64,000 bases of DNA from Cyanophora paradoxa CCMP329 (lineage: Eukaryota > Plantae > Glaucophyta), in assembly GCA_004431415.1 (NCBI GenBank), contig QPMI01000401.1:186001-250000 (forward strand), given 5' to 3'. Position 1 is the stretch's first letter, and every line of letters starts with the position of its first letter. The position numbers and the translations under genes were made by a program. Below are positions 60,301 through 64,000 of this stretch, piece after piece. Under the pieces are notes generated by a model. It was not told the origin of the DNA. It saw only the letters and a list, made by a program, of their open reading frames with translations, and ran no database searches.

Positions 60301-63091
60301 CGCGGAGCGACCCGCCGCGCTCGAGGATGCTCGCGTCGAGGACCTCGCTCACCAGGTCCACCAGCCTGCGCGGCACCGGTGGCCCGGCGGTGCGAATTCA
60401 AAGCCGAACAGACGAGATCTAGGTCTGATCCCGAGCGCCAAGGCGCACGCTTGGGCCGAGGATCGGATGACGGAGAGGTACTCGCGCTGCTCAAGGGTCG
60501 GGCTCAAATCCAGCAGCAGATCCGTGATGCCAAGGACCTGGCGATTTGCGAAAATATATAGTATACGTGCGAAAATAGTATGCGTGCATGCGAAGACTAG
60601 CTCACCGCTTGCATGGGCGTCCGCATTTCGTGCGCTGACAAGGCGTTCGTCAGCAAGCAATGTCGACGTCGCTCCCGAATAGCGACCGAAGAACGGCGCG
60701 CGGAGCGCACTGATGACGGAGAGGAAGTCGCTCTTGGCGCGCGCCGCCTGCTGCGCCTGCGTCACCAGCGACGCCTGCGCCAGCGCGATGCCCAACACCT
60801 GCGAAACGTAAAACCGCGCGCGTTCGCCAGCACATGGGCTTTTATTTGTTGAGATCGCAATATCGATTAATACTATAAATATAATCACCTCGCAGACGTC
60901 CTCGAAGAGGGCTAGGTCGGCAGAGCTCAATGTTCGGTTCGGCTCGTTCCAGTTCATCTTCACGATGTCAGTATGATGCACAAATCCAGATCAAAGCATG
61001 AACAGGCTTGAGCTCGAGAATCGTCCACGCGCACGGAGGAATTCGAAGCGCACCCCCACAATGCCGTTGACGAGACCGGCTGAAGTGGTGGCGCGCGTCA
61101 CGCACGTGCGACAGCCCGACTTCCGAAGCAGCTCCACAGTGGCAGCATCCGCGAGTCCTCCGGGGCCCGGCGTCTCTCCAGCCCATTCCTGCGCTTGCAG
61201 CACGTCTGGTATTTGGATTGTCCGGAGCCCCTTCGTTTCAACGACAGCCTGCGGAATTGCATGCTTCAGCGAAATTTAGAAGTGCTGAGACTGAATCCAA
61301 AAAGAGACAAGACGTAATGAAAAGCAGCCTCGACTCAACACTCACCTCAAGACGGCGCTGCAAGGTGGCTGAAGAAGTCATGCGTCCCCCTTCAATGGCG
61401 AAGATAGAGTAGCCTCGAGCGTCCTCAGGCGTGTTGCTAAGGTACACGCCCTCCGTAACGCGAAAGAGCTGAGCAGGGTGCTCGGATCGCGATGTCGGAG
61501 ACGCCGGCTCCCACTCCCCCCGATAGATGTGCACATCCAACGCGCCGAGAGCATCGCGCAACGAGCGAGACGCGGTCTCCATCACTCTGCAGAACATGCA
61601 TACGTACAGTCCGCGCGTAAAGTGATCATGATGGATCGGTTTGCTCTGCGCATGCGCACTTGCGGGGATCCAGCGTGTCCCGTATTTGGCTCGTGATGCT
61701 GCGGAGCAGCTGTGCACGAGCGAGCTGCGCGGTCGGTTTGCGTATATGTCAGTCGCCACCACGTGCACAGCGATATAGCTAGCGCGGCGAGGTTTGCCCA
61801 TGATCATGATTAAATATTATGAGGGGTAGCTATATAGGCGCGCCTGTTGCTCTCGGCTGCGAATCTCGGCCTCGAGTGCCTTGCAATTGCGTTGCATGGA
61901 CGAACAGCAAGATCGTCGATCATGATAAGGCGAGCGACGCTCCTATAAAGAGAGCTCACCTTCATCAACCGTTCCTGGCCGGTGCTATTTGCAATTTGCT
62001 CGCAGACGGACACGCGTACGGGTCGTAATCGCACCTGGTCGAGGAGACGGCCAGTGCGATCGTCTGCGCCAGCCGCCGAAACCTTGAAGCTATTGAAATC
62101 ATCATTTTTTTGCGACGCATGCAGGGGCCGAATTCGAAGGCGCACTCGTACGGGTGCAGGCGAGAAGGGACCGCCGCCTCAAGCCCCAGCGTCACACCCA
62201 CTGGCGATCGCGAAGGTCTCTGCCCGAAAAGAACAAGTCGAAGAAGATTGATATATATGCACCGCAGTCTCCAGTGGCGCAGAGGGCGTTGCGCTCTTCT
62301 TCGGAGATCACGCGCCCCGCCTGCGCGTGGTGCACCGCAGCCAGCGCCCACAGCTGCCGGGCACGGGTCGCGAAGCCGATTTAGTGCCATGCAAATATTA
62401 CTGGTGCGATTAAATATTGGTTCCTGGACGGGCGCACCGAGCCAAACGCGACGCACGGGTAGAACGCACACGAGCCGGCCTGGAGACCCTGCACGATCTC
62501 CTGCACGCGCGCCTGGGAGCAACCCCGCGAGAGCAGCGCGGCGCCGACGTCGGCCACGACGCGGGCCTCCGCGGGCCGCGTCTCGTGCTCCAGCGCCAAG
62601 TCCACGAGCTCCTGCGCGTACGGGAGCTCCTCCCTGCGACACGAGAGTGAGCGAGGGGCGGCAATGGCAGTATCTCGCATTTGATCGCACCGGCCGGCGC
62701 CGGCGCCGCGGTACCCGCGATCGTGCCCGGGGCTCCCGTGAGAATCCGAAAGCTTTCCCTCGCTGAGATGAACGACGAAGGCGCGGTCTGCATGCAGAAG
62801 ATCGCGGAGAGCGGCGGCCACGTCGGCGAGCTTGCACCTGCGCATGCGATTAAATATTCGCAATCCGTTACGCATATTATATTCTAGCCCCTGAAGCGCA
62901 CACAGGAGAGCTCTGAAGAGAGCAACAGCGAGCGCGCACCGCTGCGTGGGGCCGCGGCCGATGCCGCATTCCGGTCGCCCGCTCGAGATCCCCGCTCCGC
63001 CGCAGCTGCAGCACCCGGGACCGCCGAGGCCCAGGGCGCTCGCGGAGCGCTGCAGGGCCTCGCGCGCGAGTGCCTCGTCGCAAATGCGCAT
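57328..63091 (-). CDS. Hybrid histidine kinase C: 2xGAF - HisKA - HATPase - pseudo-receiver - receiver
   Basis: Reverse-strand paralogue of B from MRICDEALAREAL to ...WGGREV*; H-box THEMRTPMQA intact. Confidence 0.87.
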
Positions 63092-63604
63092 CGTGGGGAC
63101 GCGGCGAGGCTCGAGATGCAAGTCTGCGAACTCGTTTCGTGTCTGTACCCCTCTCTAAGTTCGAGGCTTCGATCAAGCTTCGCAAAGTGAACTCGAGGAC
63201 TGAACTCGAGAAGAAGAGCTAGGAACAGTCATCAAAAATCACTCCTCGAGCTGAACTTGATTCTTGAGCAAGAGCTCGAGAGAAGAGAAGAGGCTCGAGA
63301 GAAGGGCCAGGGTGAGGAGGATGGCGAGGAAGGCGTCCAAAGTGTTTTCAAACAGCACATGTGCATACTGTGAGGGCTGTACATGTCCAAAACGAGAGAC
63401 GAAACACCTCGCGATAAGCAAGTCAAAGCTAATCGAAGAGGCTAACGTTTTCAAAAGCTCGAGAAAGACCGAATTCTCGAAACGAATCAGCTATACAATT
63501 ACAGCGAATGCGCAAATACGAATGAGAGGCTGACGAGCGAGCTGGCAAAATATTGCGATCGGCGAAAGCGATGTGAAACTGTTGCGAAGACAGACGAGTT
63601 TGTA

Positions 63605-64000
63605 CTAGACCTCTCGACCACCCCAGCGGCTTTCGGGGTGCGGGCAGCTACCCGGCGTAGGGATTGGCAGCGCAGCCGCGGCCGAAGGGTCCGCGGACTC
63701 CTCCAGCCGAAGCCCCGCGCTCCCCGACTCTGCCCCGCCGGCGGGGCGGCCGGCCGCACGGCGGGAAGCGACGGCCTCCTCGGCGGCCTTCAGCGCCTCG
63801 CTCAGCTCCTTCGTCCGCACGGGCTTCTGCGCGCGCCGCGGGCGTCTCAAGCGCCGCGGGCTTCTCAAGGGCGAGGGCGGGGCGGGGCGGACGGCGAGGA
63901 AGGCGTCGTAGCCGGCCTCGGCGCACTCCTGCCGGTCGTGGGCGCCCACGTTGGCGGAGAGGGCCACCGCGTACGGCACGCGGCCCGCCGGCAGCTCCGC
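63605..64000 (-). CDS. Hybrid histidine kinase D, 3' end (receiver C-terminal half); rest lies beyond the window
   Basis: ELPAGRVPYAVALSANVGAHDRQECAEAGYDAFLA|KPVRTKELSEAL...WGGREV*; 3' flank 63490-63605 homologous to that of C. Confidence 0.8.
   Translation of the reverse strand, partial: AELPAGRVPYAVALSANVGAHDRQECAEAGYDAFLAVRPAPPSPLRSPRRLRRPRRAQKPVRTKELSEALKAAEEAVASRRAAGRPAGGAESGSAGLRLEESADPSAAAALPIPTPGSCPHPESRWGGREV

Noticed and set aside
35983-63091. Phytochrome or cyanobacteriochrome assignment for the GAF kinases
   Set aside because: No PAS-GAF-PHY core, DIP, PRxSF or CH chromophore motif seen
1-64000. Numerous long Arg/Pro/Ala/Gly-rich ORFs in the track (e.g. 5627..6937, 12874..14361, 26393..27964, 26803..28356)
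   Set aside because: Shadow frames and intron read-through caused by extreme GC content; coherent proteins appear only after splicing
35983-64000. Bacterial contamination as the source of the two-component genes
   Set aside because: The genes are broken by dozens of spliceosomal introns of the same style as neighbouring genes
1-64000. tRNA, rRNA or snRNA genes
   Set aside because: None recognisable by eye; Infernal or tRNAscan would be needed to exclude them

Overview
Eukaryotic nuclear DNA: very GC-rich, gene-dense, and split by many short (~50-130 nt) introns, so most ORF-track entries are exon pieces or antisense shadows. The plastid-type presequence starting MGFVAAAP (Phe at position 3) and the intron style suggest an early-branching archaeplastid, most plausibly a glaucophyte such as Cyanophora (inference). 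1-21.1 kb: a mitochondrial-type unknown protein, a CRT-like transporter and a bacterial-type class I aminotransferase, present twice through a near-identical ~5 kb duplication, followed by a plastid double-SRPBCC protein. The 7-19.8 kb block lies between ~1.3 kb inverted repeats. 21-36 kb: an acylated helical-repeat protein, two convergent telobox-Myb genes (one with a TRFH-like N-terminus, i.e. TRF1/TRF2 architecture), a coiled-coil protein and an F-box protein. 36-64 kb: an array of four paralogous GAF-hybrid histidine kinases (+,+,-,-). The complete copies have 5 or 2 GAF domains and show patchwork intron sharing. A 2.08 kb Helentron/DINE-1-like element sits in one intron, and a TA-flanked MITE sits at a tandem-duplication junction. 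Exon boundaries were inferred by eye, and many 1-bp homopolymer indels look like uncorrected long-read errors.
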